A stretch of DNA of 64,000 nucleotides from Cycas panzhihuaensis. Its lineage: Eukaryota; Plantae; Cycadophyta. The notes below the pieces were generated by a model. The model saw nothing but the letters and a program-made list of their open reading frames with translations. It was not told the origin of the DNA and ran no database searches. The stretch lies in NCBI GenBank assembly GCA_023213395.1, contig CM041465.1:211241741-211305740 (forward strand), written 5' to 3'. Positions 38,330 through 51,976 of the stretch are shown piece after piece; positions within the stretch are counted from its first letter, which is position 1; each line of letters opens with the position of its first letter. The position numbers and the translations under genes are program-made.

Positions 38330-41300
38330 TCTAGAGGGCTTTGGCATTAGAAAAAGGGAAAAATATAAAAATAGCTTCTAAATGATAAGAGGATCGGCTT
38401 ATTACTCTTTTAGATTGTATACATTTTTTAAAGTATTTTATATAAGTTAAGAAATAAAATAGAATTAAACTTGAAATTAGAGTTTTTAAAATTATTCAAC
38501 CCCCAATGACATCTTCATGGGATTAATTTAAGATTTATATCACTTCATATTGTAATGCATATCTTCCTAGACTATTATTAATCACATATTAAATAATGCT
38601 CTATAGACAAACTAGAATGGTACAATTCTCTTAACCCAATTATATTATACTAGGTGGAATGGTTCTAATAACTATATGTTTTGTAATTATTGAACACCAT
38701 TTTAGAATTATATCTACATTAAATATTTTGTTATACAAAAAATTGACATTTATATTATGTTTTTGTGGTTTTCTCAATACATGAAATCTAATCAAGGATA
38801 ACATGGGCTTCTTTTGGTTTGACCATGACTCTTAAAATAATAATAGCCATTTATTTGTCCCCTCTTATAACAATGATTTGTTCAAGAGGTCTATCAATTC
38901 TTGATAATCCACAAAAGGATTAAAAATGTTGCCTAGCAAGTAATGCCTAAATTTTTGGAGGGCATGGATTATATCCAAACCTCCATTTGTTGTCATCATA
39001 TAATTATATGCAATTATAGTTAAGTTTTTATCTAGAAAGTATTCTAGATAGTTTACATTTTTACTTATAAACTAGGTTGTAATATATCCAATAACATTTA
39101 AGAATGCATCAACATAGACTTATTTTTTCCCTTTTTCTTGTCAATTAAAAATTTTCAAGGTTGTCATTTGGTTAATTTTAAGTTTTGATACATTGTACAT
39201 TGAACACCATTTGCTTATTTGTCCCCCATGTCAAGGGCATATCTTGACTTGAGAGTTTCTCCATTGGTAGTCAAAGTTGAGCATTGTCTTTAATAATTTT
39301 TCTATAATAACTTATCATCTATAACAATTCTTAATTTGTTTTAGAGTAATTGAAATTATGAACAATATAATCAATTTCACTTGTGCCATATTTGTTAGTA
39401 ACCCTTATTTTCCAAAAATGTGACTTAATAAAATTTGAAATGGTACCATAGATTTGTATATTAGAGGGTTAAGATATAATTTATGTATTTTTCACAATCT
39501 TTTGTAATGGCTCTTAGGTTTCTCAAACGATTATTCATTAAACTATATAGTGCCCAATCATAAAGTAAACCTTTCACCTTTGTATCAATTACCTTTTTAA
39601 ATATATATAACACGAATTTATGAAATGATGTTGGGGCATTCATCAATTAAAATGGCATTTTTCAGTAAGCATGTATTCCTCATACCATCAAATGTGTGTA
39701 TTTTTATTGATCTTTTGGGGATAATTTTAACCTAATTATAACCACTAAGACACTTGTAAAACATCCACTTTAGAATCAACGACTCTCAAAGGCATATTTA
39801 GTAAATGATGTTGAAAATAGGTCTTTCTTACTGATTTCGTTAATGGTCAAATATCAAAACAAATACATACTTTTCCAATTTTCTTTTCAAAGACCATCAG
39901 TAGTCTCATACACTAGTATTACCAACCTTGTAAATGCAATTTGATGGAAACATCTTATCTAACTCTATCTTTACTTGATCCTTAACCATAGGATTCTTCT
40001 AGGGAGGCCTTTGTCATACTAATTTTGCACCTTCCCCTAATTTTATCTTCTATACTCCAAACTTTAGTGGAATTCCTTGGCTTTGCAAGAGCCCACAAAT
40101 ATATTTGTTTCATGTGAATAATATTGAAGCCCTTTTGATAATGGTTGTATACTAATGTCCAAATATTGACCTTATAAATCTTGAGTTCTTCATAAATACC
40201 CAACTTGTCTTTTTTTTCTTATGAGTTGGAGTCTCATTATTTACTCTTTCGTCATATATTATGTTTGTGTACTTAAGCGCAAACTTCCTTACCTTTCAAG
40301 GTTCCTCACCATTGATTAAAGCTTCTATATCTTATACTTCATCTTGAGGCTTAAGCTTGGTCCTATCTTTAGACCAAGATTTGTTAGATTATAAGATAAA
40401 ATAGGTATATGATTTCTCTCCAAGTTTTTCGTTCTCGCCATAAATTGATCAATTGTTCCCACTCTCCAAATTTCAACTTTCCAAACCTTTATTTCCAAAT
40501 GATTATAGAAAATTCACTCTTCATCTTATTTGATTCTCTTTTACTTTTCTGATTCTCTACTTAGATTTTAATTCTCTTTATCATTGTAGTATTATAAATA
40601 ACTAGTCCAAAGGAAGTTTTAGCATGCTTTGCTTTTTTAGTTCATTTCTATAGAGTTTAATATATTTAATAGATTTTAACTTTTATTAAAAAATAGTAAT
40701 GATGATTTTAATTCATCACCAAATTATATTTAAAAATACTTTTGTAATAATATCTAAAGAGAAAATATAATCGTAGAAGCAATATATTAATAGAACTTTA
40801 TACTATGCAAAGCACAAATAGCATAAACAAACTAAGTACACAACAAAGAACACTGGGAGATTTTAGTCTAAGTATAGATCTTTTATTAATCTAAGCAACA
40901 ACTAAAGAATTACATAGATGAAAAATTCCAACTCTTCTTATTGACTCATTAAAGACTCATCCAAACTTTTACATGTACCATTACATAATGATATATAGAC
41001 ACAACTTTACAAGATACTGCCTTGTAGTTTTACAATATAATGGACATAAGCCATGGGTCGAAAAAGGCCCCCATAAGACACCTAAAAAGTTTTCTCAGGA
41101 GCTTTCACCTGTAAACCCCTGCATGGGGGGTCATTGGCCCCTTAGACCCACCAGTCGAAGGCCCTACAATGGGCCTCTAGACCCCATAAAAGGGGATTAG
41201 ATGTAATGCTTATACCTATGTAACACTTGCAAAGTGTTCAACATATCCAACAATATCTATAATGTCATCTCACTTCTATATGCCATATGCCAATATAAGG

Positions 41301-43536
41301 TTAGGCTTTTAAGTATTAACGGTACTAGTATTCTCCACTACTTCCTTTCCCAATTGCGTAAATCCCTGTAATACTTAATGCAACATTGTGTATGTTAAAT
41401 TGTTTTCTTCATAAAATGATATTTAATAAATTTCATAGATTTTGTATAACATTAGAAGTGACCTTATTAGTTATCTTATTGTATCTTTATTTTCTTCCTT
41501 CTTTAATCATGTTTCATAGAATTTCTCATCACTTTATCTTGAATTAGTATTATAAAGTTCTTCCCCACCACTTGATTAAGAATCTCCTTCCTCATATAAT
41601 ATAAATTATTCAATATCACTCACTTCATAGACCTTTTGAGCCATTTGGCTAACATAAGGGTGGTGCTTATGCTCCTCTCTTCCTTGTCTAATTTAATTTA
41701 GCATAAATAAAGCATTGCATATCCTTTAATTTCTTCATTACATCCTACTATATATTAGTAATTTAACTTAGAATAAGAATTATCTATAGACTCCCTTGAT
41801 ATAGCTGCAATTAGGGTTCGATTATCAATTTGTTCATATTCTACCTTTATTGAAGCCATAACCATTCTTATTTATTTATTTTTGCCATGTAATGTAAAGG
41901 TATGGGTTCTCTAATTTAAAATAGTTTTAATGGAATAAATCCATTATCATTAAAAGGTAGACTACAAGTATGCTCTTGCATCCATTTTGGTTATCACAAA
42001 ATACTATTTTATCCATAATCATCCCCATTGGGTTGATTGTCATATAATTAGCTAGTTTTAGAGAGAATATTAAGTATGTTAAATGCCAGTTCCTTATTTA
42101 ACTTCATGTTTCCTTAAGTAATGCATTAACCCTCTTAACCTTCATCCACGGAGTTATTATTTACCATGAGATCATCAATTAACATCTTATTTTATGCTCT
42201 TTAGTTTTAAAATCCTCCTCTCTTTTTTTGTCCCTTTTTTCAAACATTTAGGGCCTCCTTGTTATAAGAAAGTATATTTAAATACCCTAAACTTCACCAT
42301 TTAAACACCTTCATAAGGAGAACTATTAGTCCAAACTCTTTTATTAATTCTCATAACAATAACAATTTTTAACTCCTAAAGAGTTCTCTTAGGTGCCTTA
42401 CTTTTGATATTTTAATTTTCTTGAGTGTAGACTATAATTCTAGTTGTATTTCCTTATGGTTTCTAATACATTTTAAGGAAAAAATTTAATAATCTTTTAA
42501 TTTACAATAGTATTTTCTCTTATTTCCAAATCCATAGTTACTATCCTTCTTGTTGTTGCTAGTTCTTTGATGTGTTCAATAATAGTTTCCACTTCTACTA
42601 ATCATCAATTTTCTTCCATGAATTTGGAAGTTTTTTGTTTTAAATTTAATGGTTTGATTTTTGATATAATTCTTATGTAAACCATTATATTTATTTCCGC
42701 ATCTATAATTATTGTGATTATATTAGAAAATTTCATTTTCTAGGGATGCTTTAGACAATATTGTCACTCATGATCTCCATGTCCACAATTTCTACAACAT
42801 TATTCTACATTAAGTAGACGACAATATTCCTTGTAATGGAATGATACTTTACATTTAAGTATTATCCATTGAAGATTTTTCTCTTCTAGTGCATGTCCTA
42901 AGTAGATATACACCCTAGGGAATTGCACGTTTGCTCCTTTTACAACCTCACCCACTACCTCTCTAGTGCTAACAATCTTCACTATTGAGAATAGCCAACT
43001 TACATTCTTCACATCACTTCATCATTTTTTGTCTCTCAGTAGATATTCTATCATTTGTATTCTTCAGTCACTTATATTTCCTCAACTTTAGTTGTTCCTA
43101 TTCTATTTTTAGCATTTTTACCATATTAGTTAACTCTGAGTTCATCTTTACTTTCATTGGAGCCATATGTTGAATTGCTCTTAATTCTCCATTTCACTTT
43201 GTAATTTATACATTTCTTACTCCACTCTTGGTTTCTTGGCACAAATTCTAGTGCCATATATCATTTTGTATATGAGTTTTAGTTACATATTCAATGAATG
43301 GAACTTAAAACTATGGCAATAACCATTACCAAATAATGCATGAACAGATCATCCACTCCATTTAACATTTTGGATATTGATTTGCAAATATGACGATGGT
43401 AATCTCAAGTTGATTCATCATGTATTTCCTTCATCCCACATAATAACTACTAAATGATTGTATAATGCCTTCTAAAATCTATCAAAAACTATTTCTACTA
43501 CTATTCCTAACTTATTTTTATTGGCTATGGGATGCG
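38330..43536 (-). mobile_element. Very old AT-decayed Ty3/gypsy remnant
   Basis: RT motif MPFxLMNAPTSF at ~39620-39657, an SGYNxV-like motif at ~39735 and protease-like MLIDD at ~42170. Boundaries are approximate. Confidence 0.55.
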
Positions 43537-46500
43537 TGTCTACGGATAGCTACCTAACTGAGTAGGAATGGTAAGAGCGGTCAATAGTACAATTGAGAAA
43601 AGACCTACAAGTAGGGCAAATATCACGCAGGGTACCCCGTGCGCCAGAGCGCGAGTTCATGACCTGCAAATGGAATCTAGCTACCTGGAAGTGGCTCCCC
43701 ACTTCAAACAAGAGGAGGAGAGGTGTAGGGTTAGCCTGGGTTGACCTAAGGAAAGGATCCTCCCACCCTTGGATGGCCAGAAGGGGAAGGAGAGAACCCT
43801 TTGAGGGTTTCCCTAAAGCAAAGGGAAACAAGAAAAGGTAGGCAAGTGGGGGGCCTACGGATGGGAGCACCTCGACACCAACCAAGCGTAATAAACCGAG
43901 AAGGAGCGCAAAGAAAATAACAATAAGGAAACGTCACGATGTGCGCAATCAGACTTAACTACGCTTGGCGGGTGGACGAAGCAAGAGGGAAGTTTGTATA
44001 ATAGGGGAAAAGGTGAAAGGGAAGGCTTCCTAGACCTTTTCCTATAGCGAATAAAATACAAGTGATAAAGTAAACAAAGTATAAACCAAGACAAATGTTG
44101 ATTTCCCTTTCTCTTTCCAATGAGCTAATTACTACTATGTAAAAGAACTCAAAAGGAAAATAAAAGTGGTGAAGTAGAGTGAGAGTGTGTACCCAGAATG
44201 AAAGCATGTCAAAATGGCGACGTTCCTAAGAGGCACCCGAAGTTGCTCTACAAGGCGCGGCGGACGTGAAGGGTTACGGTCGACCGGAATGTGGGGCTCC
44301 CTTACCTTCCCCGAAAATAGCACTAAAGTACCAAGAAAGGAAAGGAAAGGAATGAAATGCTAATAATAAATGAAATACGAAAGTAAAGCATAAATGGAAG
44401 CACTTACCGCCAAGGAAGAAAGAGGAACGGATCCTTTCGCCTTTCAAATACCGCAAGTAATGATAATATCCCCTTTCTCGAGAAAGGGTGCTAACATACA
44501 ATAGGTAGCCCTAACAATATATGTACATATGAAGTAAGTATAAACTTAAATACATGCATGTTAGTATTCAATATAATGATGATACACTATAGAGAAAAAC
44601 AACCAAAATAGATGGAGAGTAACCGGTAAGCCTTAGAGTAGCCCACCTCCCGCAAGGAACAACCCTACTCTCCCCCAAGAAGCCATAAGGCTGCGAGGGT
44701 AAGGCTGCGCAAGAGGGCTAGAAATAGAGGCAAAAGGGTTGGAAAGACCCCAAGAGGACCTACAGCAAGCCGGGGTGCTATGGGGAGTAAACTAGATTGC
44801 CGGAGACGGAGTTGGGCAAGGGACAAGTAGCCAGGGCTTATGTGAGTTGCCCGAATCAAGGTGCAAGCCCTCAAACCAAGCCGCAATAAGTGACAACACC
44901 GATTTCAAGGCTAAAATGGCCTAACAGACCCTTGTTTGATTGCCAAGAGTAGCACCAGGTAAAAGGGAAGGTTTGGGGGGCAAAGAGCCACTTGAGGAGC
45001 GTGGAAGGTGGTGCGAATCCACCCAGCCTCACCCAAACCCTATGCAACCCCTCTTGCTACTATCTTGAGCAAGAAACACAGAAAGGAGGCACTAATGGAA
45101 GAAATAAGACAGCCTAAAACAAAGGAAGAGTAACCTCCAAAGACCCAAGCAAAGAGAGCTAGAAGTGACAAGCAAAATAGGGCATAAATTGGACAAGAAA
45201 GTAGCTTAAACCAATGAATACCTCAGAAGGGGAAGGGAGGCTCTCGCCTCAGTTAAGAGCTACTGAAATAAGGCTGAGAAATCTGCCAAGGAGCTGTGGA
45301 ACAGCAGGTTTGGAACCCCTGCCAATGGAGTTGAAGGAAACACCTGCACTTTGAAGATGCTTGATGGCTGCCTGAGCAGGAAAACATTGAGATCCCTCCA
45401 AAGGGGCCCTCTCTAAGGTGTGTGAAGGGCTGGGAAGATGTCCTAGCCATACCAAAGGAGAGCTGGGCACTGGAGGAGAGGTGCAGTCTTATAGCAAAGA
45501 AGGGAGCAAAGAAGGAATAGTAGAGCACAGGGCAGTTTTCCTTGAGAAGCCTACAAAAATGAGCCAAAAGATCCTAAAAATGACTTAAAAAGACTTAAAT
45601 ACCCAAACCCAAATCCTAAAACGAGTGATTAGGGTGCAACCGGTGGTGAGTCAGTCATGAAACACGTGGCAGTTTCGTAATAAATACGAAATTTCCATGG
45701 CAGATTTTTTAAAAACAAACTTGAACAGTCGTCCGACGTAAATTCCACATACCATGGAATTTACTGGCATTCATGATATTTGCAAGTGATACGTGACTGG
45801 GGAGTCTAAATGTGGCCCAAATGTACGGCCTTGGGCGTGGGCCAATGAAAAAGAGGCTAATGGGGGGCTGAGACACCTACCCGAGGGCAAATAAGCCAAC
45901 AAACGAGTCTAGAAGAGCAAAAATAGGATTCAAACGATGTGGCAAGTCATCCAAACGATGATGAGTCATCACAGTGCAGAGGTAGTGCAAGCCAAATGGG
46001 TCTTGGAGTGAGTAGGGCGAATTTGGGAAGTGGAATAGCCAGCGGGATGCCACACTCGGCCGAATATGCCCTGCTATAGTCGTCATAGGCTGAATAAGTG
46101 TAGATGAAGATAAGATCATCTACAAGGTTACAACATGCAAACATGCAAGCATACACTCATCTCAAAAGAAAGCAATAATAAGGTGAGAAGCATACCTACA
46201 CTTACCGAGTTGATAACTCGTATCCATTCCCGAAGCTGGAAACATCGCCTCGCAACAGAGCCTTGTCGCCTAAGCTCGGTGCAATGGCGAGTCGGCAACA
46301 CAACTATCAGTAGTACATGTGTATATAGATATATAAATCAAAACCATAACAATAGGTAAGGGTGCTGGCGAGTGTCATGGCAGAATGCGTGGATATGAAA
46401 GTAGAGGTGTAGACAACATAGGGGCTACCTATGTGCCACTCGGAAACCAACCAGAAGAATAAGAAAGGCGAGGGGGCTGCCCCCACCACAAAAGGTGCAG

Positions 46501-46689
46501 AGAGATGTGCATAATCAAGTAGAAGAGTAAACAAAGTTAGTAGTCATCATAGTTTAACCTCATTAGCGGCTAGGTTTCAGAGGTGCAAACAGATCGCAAG
46601 AAGATGAGCATGATGGCCTGAGGCTTGAGTGACAAAGCGACGGACAAACCTCGTGCACGGCCAAGAAGAAGAGGAAGGCGGCGCTCAAG

Positions 46690-47050
46690 GATGAGGCGAA
46701 CGAGACTATCCGCCTCACCGAGGTCCTGTGGGGATATCTTGAATGTCGACGGACGAGAAGTAGGCCAAGAGGGATCCGTGGTGGAAGTAAGAGTTCTCAA
46801 GTGAGGGCATCGCACCGCAAACTTGGGTGAGATGGGACACCACAACTTAAGAGTCGCAGCAAGACGATGGATCCGTGATGGAAACATAGAGCATTAGTGA
46901 GGGCTTCAATAATACCGTGTGTATTCGGCTTCATTGTTGGAAGCCTCAGGAGGAATATCCCGAGCGCATGAGATCATGTCTAGAGGGGTGCAGAGAATCC
47001 ACACAGAAGGTCCACAGTTCATCGCGGCCGTCGGTAAAAATGTAGATGGA
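46690..47050 (-). pseudogene. Additional (archaeal-type) RNase HI domain of Tat copy D
   Basis: Minus-strand motifs in RNase HI order: IFTDG (~47030), ASNNEAEY (46921-46945), FAVRCPHL and EADSLVR. Frameshifted. Confidence 0.75.
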
Positions 47051-47587
47051 CATGGGTGACACAAAGCCCTGGTAGTAAATAGGCAGTGGTGGAACGGAAG
47101 AGGAGCTCGAGAGACAAGCAAAGGTGGCCGTGAAGGGTAGGAGGACTTAGCAATAAGGCTACCCAGGGGCGAGAGCAAGCAGTCTGATCACTATCTGAGA
47201 GCGGGCAGAGAAAAACATCCTAGGCGCCAAAAGGTCGCCGGAAGCAAAACATGCCCGGACAAAGGAGCATTCTCTTTGGGGACCCTAGAGTGAAAAAGGG
47301 TCATGAAGCGAGTCCAGCGGCAAAACAAGCCAAATGAGTATAAACTTGAGCATGCACGGGAGCGGCACGTAAAACGAGACAGAAGGGCCCCGCGAAAAAG
47401 CGAAACCGAGGCACCATAAATACACCTACAAAAGAGTGCAAAAGGTCGTCAAAAGAGCATAATGGGCAACAGGCTAGAAGGCAAAGGCACCTGGGAAACG
47501 GACGGTCCCCAACTACCGGCCGTGAGGCCAAAAACGGAAGAAGTACCCATCGGGGCCTCCGCCTATATAAGGAAATCGTACGAAAAA

Positions 47588-48520
47588 TGGATTCATTTTC
47601 ACCGGCTCTCATGAGAAACCAGAGCCATTCCCTTACGCAGCGAAGCGCTGCTCAACTTTAGAGGCACGCGGGACGATCCGACTGTTGGATCGAGTGGGAG
47701 AGAGCCGGTGGGACCATCCGGACCGCCGGAGGAGAGGCAGCCCATAAGGGGCATTGATAAGAGCAAGGGGCCAGTGACTAAGGCTCGCAGGTATGGATCA
47801 TGAGGATATCCAGAGAGGCGAGAGTTGAGCCGATCCCTGTGAGGAGAGAGGCCCAGGCAGAGGAGGTACCCGAGGATGAGGTACCCGTAGCTGGCGGAGA
47901 GCCAGGAGGAGAGGATGTCGTGCAAGCAGAGGAGCCAGCAGCCATGGCATATGAGGTCTAACCATTTCCTTAGTCATTTGTGACGGATAGATGTTTAGTT
48001 TGACTTAATCATGCTATGTGGTAGGATATTCACTGACATACGGCATGTTGCATTGGCAGGTACAACAGAGGTCCGGAGACTAGTAGAGGCCATGGTGAGG
48101 GAGATGTTCCCTCAGGTATATGCAGAGGGGCAACCACCCATCCAGGCAGAGGATGCGCCTAGATCGATAGGTGCACACATGGAGGAATTCGCCCCGTTGA
48201 CAAGGGCAAGAGACATCTGGGCTATAGAGTCCCAAGAGCACATGACATCTGGGGGAGATGCAATGGAGCTAGATGAGGCGAGGAGTGAGAGGGACGAGCT
48301 ATGCAGATGAGTCCAGGCTCTAGAAGCTCGAGAGGAGCGGTGGAGACACAGGGAGCATGCCCGGATAGCGGCACTAGAGGAGCGCCCGAGGAGTGGAGGG
48401 TAAGAGGGATCGTATCCGTGCTAGATATGATCGGTTAGTAGATCAGTGGCGCCGAGGTCGAGCAGAGCGGGGACGTATACCCATATAGCGACGACGACCC
48501 CAAGATGGCCACGTGATGAG
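47588..48520 (+). pseudogene. Antisense accessory ORF remnant of Tat copy D (Glu/Arg-rich, coiled-coil-like C-terminus), with a possible intron at 47956-48024
   Basis: TATATAA at ~47564 and ATG at 47588. ORF 48011-48310 ends ELDEARSERDELCR. An AT-richer GT...TAG segment interrupts the GA-rich coding-like sequence. Confidence 0.45.
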
Positions 48521-51500
48521 GGAAGTGAGTTAGAGAGCTCATGGAGGCCTGTGAGGAGCCTCAAGGGATGTGATCCCTGTGAGAGAGATCACACCGACTG
48601 TGAGATGGTACCCCAGTGAGGCGGTAGTAGAGTAGGAGATATGTACATGATTTAACGGGAAAGCACGGGCCTCTAGGGGGTCATATGTAGAGTCATATGA
48701 TTGTACCCCCTCTACAAGGATACTGGCTTCCCATATGTATGATGTAACATATGATTTTGATGTATATATATATATATATACGGGTAATTGAAACCCCATT
48801 TGACATGAGATGTCGTGTATATATCGTGTGGTAGATAGCATATATATTTTGTTTTGTATGTTGTAAATGTTATGTTTTAAATGTTTTATTGTATGATGCA
48901 CATATTTCCTTCCATGCATGGCTATATATACCTAACAGAGCACACACATCCACCATGAGTAGGGCGATAGAGAGGTGTGAGGTTAGAAATATAGCGACAT
49001 GCACGTCCATGGGGAAGCATAGCGGAATATGCAAAGGAAACAACAGTGTGAGAGAGGAGTAATGGCACTCTAAAGTGTCGCCCTAATTGGGGATGCCCAA
49101 GTAGGAAGACAAAAGGTTCCCAAGGGATACAGAACACGGGTTCCGCATGAGGAACCGTATGAAAAGAGATAATCCATCTTAAATGGCCATCCTACCCATG
49201 GTTGGGAAGAATGGGAATAACCTAAGATGGTAATTTAGGCTCATTTCGAGCGTGGTGATGGGATTGCCGGAAGATCATGCATAAAACTTCTCAAGGAATT
49301 TCCCGTTATCACTTTCTCAAATTCAAGCCCTTCCGTGGTGGCTATCTATAAGCATCACCGAGGGTCTCGATAATGATGAAAGGGCCAACCCGTCGGGGTT
49401 TGAATTTGGTCAAACGATCATGGAGATATTTAAGCTTGAGGACGTGGTCCCCAGGAAACAAAGGATAGGAACGAAGATGTTTATCGTAGGTCCTTTGTAA
49501 GCAAGCTTTGGGTGCTAGGTTAGCCTGATAAGCAGCTAAGCGTCTCTCGTCTAAAGCTTCGAGGTCCAACAGGTGAGCCTGACAGATAGACTCTTCGTCA
49601 ATGAGACCTTTGAGGGAGACTCGTAAAGAGGGAATCTCCACCTCCAGCGGGAGTACTGCCTCGGTACCGTAGACCAGGGAGAATGTGGTCATTCCCGTGG
49701 CGGAACGAATAGAGGTGCAGTAAGCCCACAAAGCGAAAGGCAACTGAAGGTGCCAATCCTTTTCAGATTGAGCAATGGTTTTCTTTAGGATACTGACGAG
49801 AGTCTTATTGAAAGACTCCACTTGGCTATTTTCCTGAGGATAGTAAGGAGAAGAAGTTTTGTGAGAAATCTTGAACTTCTCGCAAAGCTCATACATCTCC
49901 TTATTACAAAAGGGGGTTCCATTGTCGGTGATTAGGACGTCTGAACTCAAACAACAAATGATGTACCGTAAACGAATGTGGCTATCGCTTTAGCAGGAGT
50001 AGTGATCAAGGGAATGGCCTCCACCTATTTGGTAAAATACTCTGTGGCAGTCAAGATAAACTTGTGCTGCGACGACGAAGGTGGAGAGATAGCTCCAATG
50101 AGGTCTAGTCCCCACTGAGCGAAAGGCCATGGCAAAATAATAGGGTGAAGGGCCTCGAGAAGGCACATGGGAGATATTGGCGTGTTCCCGACATCGCCAA
50201 CATCTCAAAGCAAAGGCGGCGCCCTTGAAAAGGGACACCAAAATAACCCATGCGAGGATCCTCTAAGCCATAGATCGGCCCCAAAGTGACCTCTACAAAT
50301 ACCATGGTGGCATTCACAGTATTTGGTCGGCTTTGTCGGCGGTGACGCAATGTAGAAGGATCCTCGAAGGACCTCTTGTACTACTTCACCGACGAGGAAG
50401 TATTACCCGCGTAAGTCCGGATGCGAGATCTAACTTTACTACTAGCATCGGGTGGTATTACTGCGTGTGAGATACCACACTATATCACTATACCATCCAT
50501 TGTCGATGAGTGGATGAGGAGAGGTACCACGAATCGTCAAGATAGACTCATCAGGGAGAGAATCATCGATGGGGGCACCAAAGGAGTTAGGAATAGGGGC
50601 ATCTGCAAGCTGCTTGGCCACTACCATTCCCTTCTTTGATTTCCGGTTAACGATATGAAGGTTAAATTCTTGAAGCAGATCGGGGCCCGAAGCCCTACCC
50701 TTCAAATTTAAACGAGTGAGCAAGCATCGTAACGGATCAGATTGACGATCACCTTGGTGGTGTTGCCAAGCAAGTAGTGTCCGAACTTCTTGGTCGCATG
50801 GTCCAAGGAGAGACACCCTTCTCGGCAGAAGAATAGTTAACTTCAGCACCACGAGGGTGTAACTAATAAAATATATGACTCTCTCGCCTCGAGTCATCCT
50901 CTTGAGCTAACATAGCGCCCAAGGATTCGTCAGTCGCCGATGTGTATAGGATGAAGGGCCTATCGAATCGAGGAGGTGCCAGTGTAGAAGCGGAAACAAG
51001 GGCTTCCTTTAGTCCTTCGAAGGCCTTTTGGGTCTTGTCAGACCAGGCAAAAGGGGCTCCCTTCTTCAATAGGTTTGTAAGGGGTTTAGCACTTACAGCG
51101 AAGTCTGCTAAGAAGCGCCTGAGAAAACTGAGCCTACGTAGGAACGACTTAATCTATCATTGGGTCCTAGGCGGCGGCATGTCAAGGATTGCCACGACCT
51201 TGTTAGGTCAATTTGAATTCCTTATTTGGACACGAGGAACCTAAGGAGTTTGCCCGAGGTAATGGTAAACACGCATTTGAGCAGATTTAAACCGACATGG
51301 TACTTGTGGCATCGTGAAAGATGGCCCATAAGTCGAGGGATGATGGGCCCCACGATACGAGAGGCCCATCATATTATCCATGAAGACCTCCAATGTGTTA
51401 TCAATGAGGTCGAGAAGATGAAATGCATGGCTCTTTGGTAAGTAGCACCTATATTCTTAAGGCCAAAGGGTATTTCTTTGTAAGCAAAGGTACCCCATGG

Positions 51501-51976
51501 TGTAGTGAAAGCCATCTTGTGGCGCCTTCGTGAGAGATCTAAATTTGGTTATAGCCGGAGAAGTCGTCCATTAAATACATGACTTCAAATCTGGCGGTAC
51601 GATTAATAATTTGATTGATAAAGGAGAGAGGGAAGTTGTCCTTAGGACAAGCATTGTTAATGTCATAGAAATTGACATATATATGAATTACCCCATTCTT
51701 TTTGGCAACGGGGACAATATTGGAGACCCACTTAGGGTAGTAAATGGAAGTAATAAGTTTAGCATCCGAAGCTTCTCAACCTCCATCTCGACGGCCACCG
51801 AGCTTTGGATGAAGGACGCCGCTCGCGGCGCATGTATGTGCCGTGGATGGTCGTGAGATTATGGGTGACAATGAAGGGATCGATTCCCTTCATGAAAGCA
51901 TAGTTCCATGTGAAAATGTCTTGAAACTCCTAGAACAAAAGGGAGTACTCCTTACTTTATTAGGAGAACATTCCAC

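Larger units (their letters stand above)
43537..51976 (-). mobile_element. Tat-like copy D, 3' part: RT, RNase H, integrase, antisense ORF, extra RNase H and 3' LTR (43537-46244)
   Basis: Integrase ORF 49342-49950 (LITDNGTPF, SSPYYPQENSQVE, LVYGTEAVLPLEVEIPSLR). RNase H FILYTSATDESLGAMLAQ. RT at 51200-51900. The LTR runs from TG(43537) to CA(46244). Confidence 0.9.

Noticed and set aside
46408-46415. TGTAGACA as the LTR end of copy D (inverted match to TGTCTAC at 43537)
   Set aside because: Comparison with the PPT-LTR junction of copy C (27794) places the terminus at 46244.
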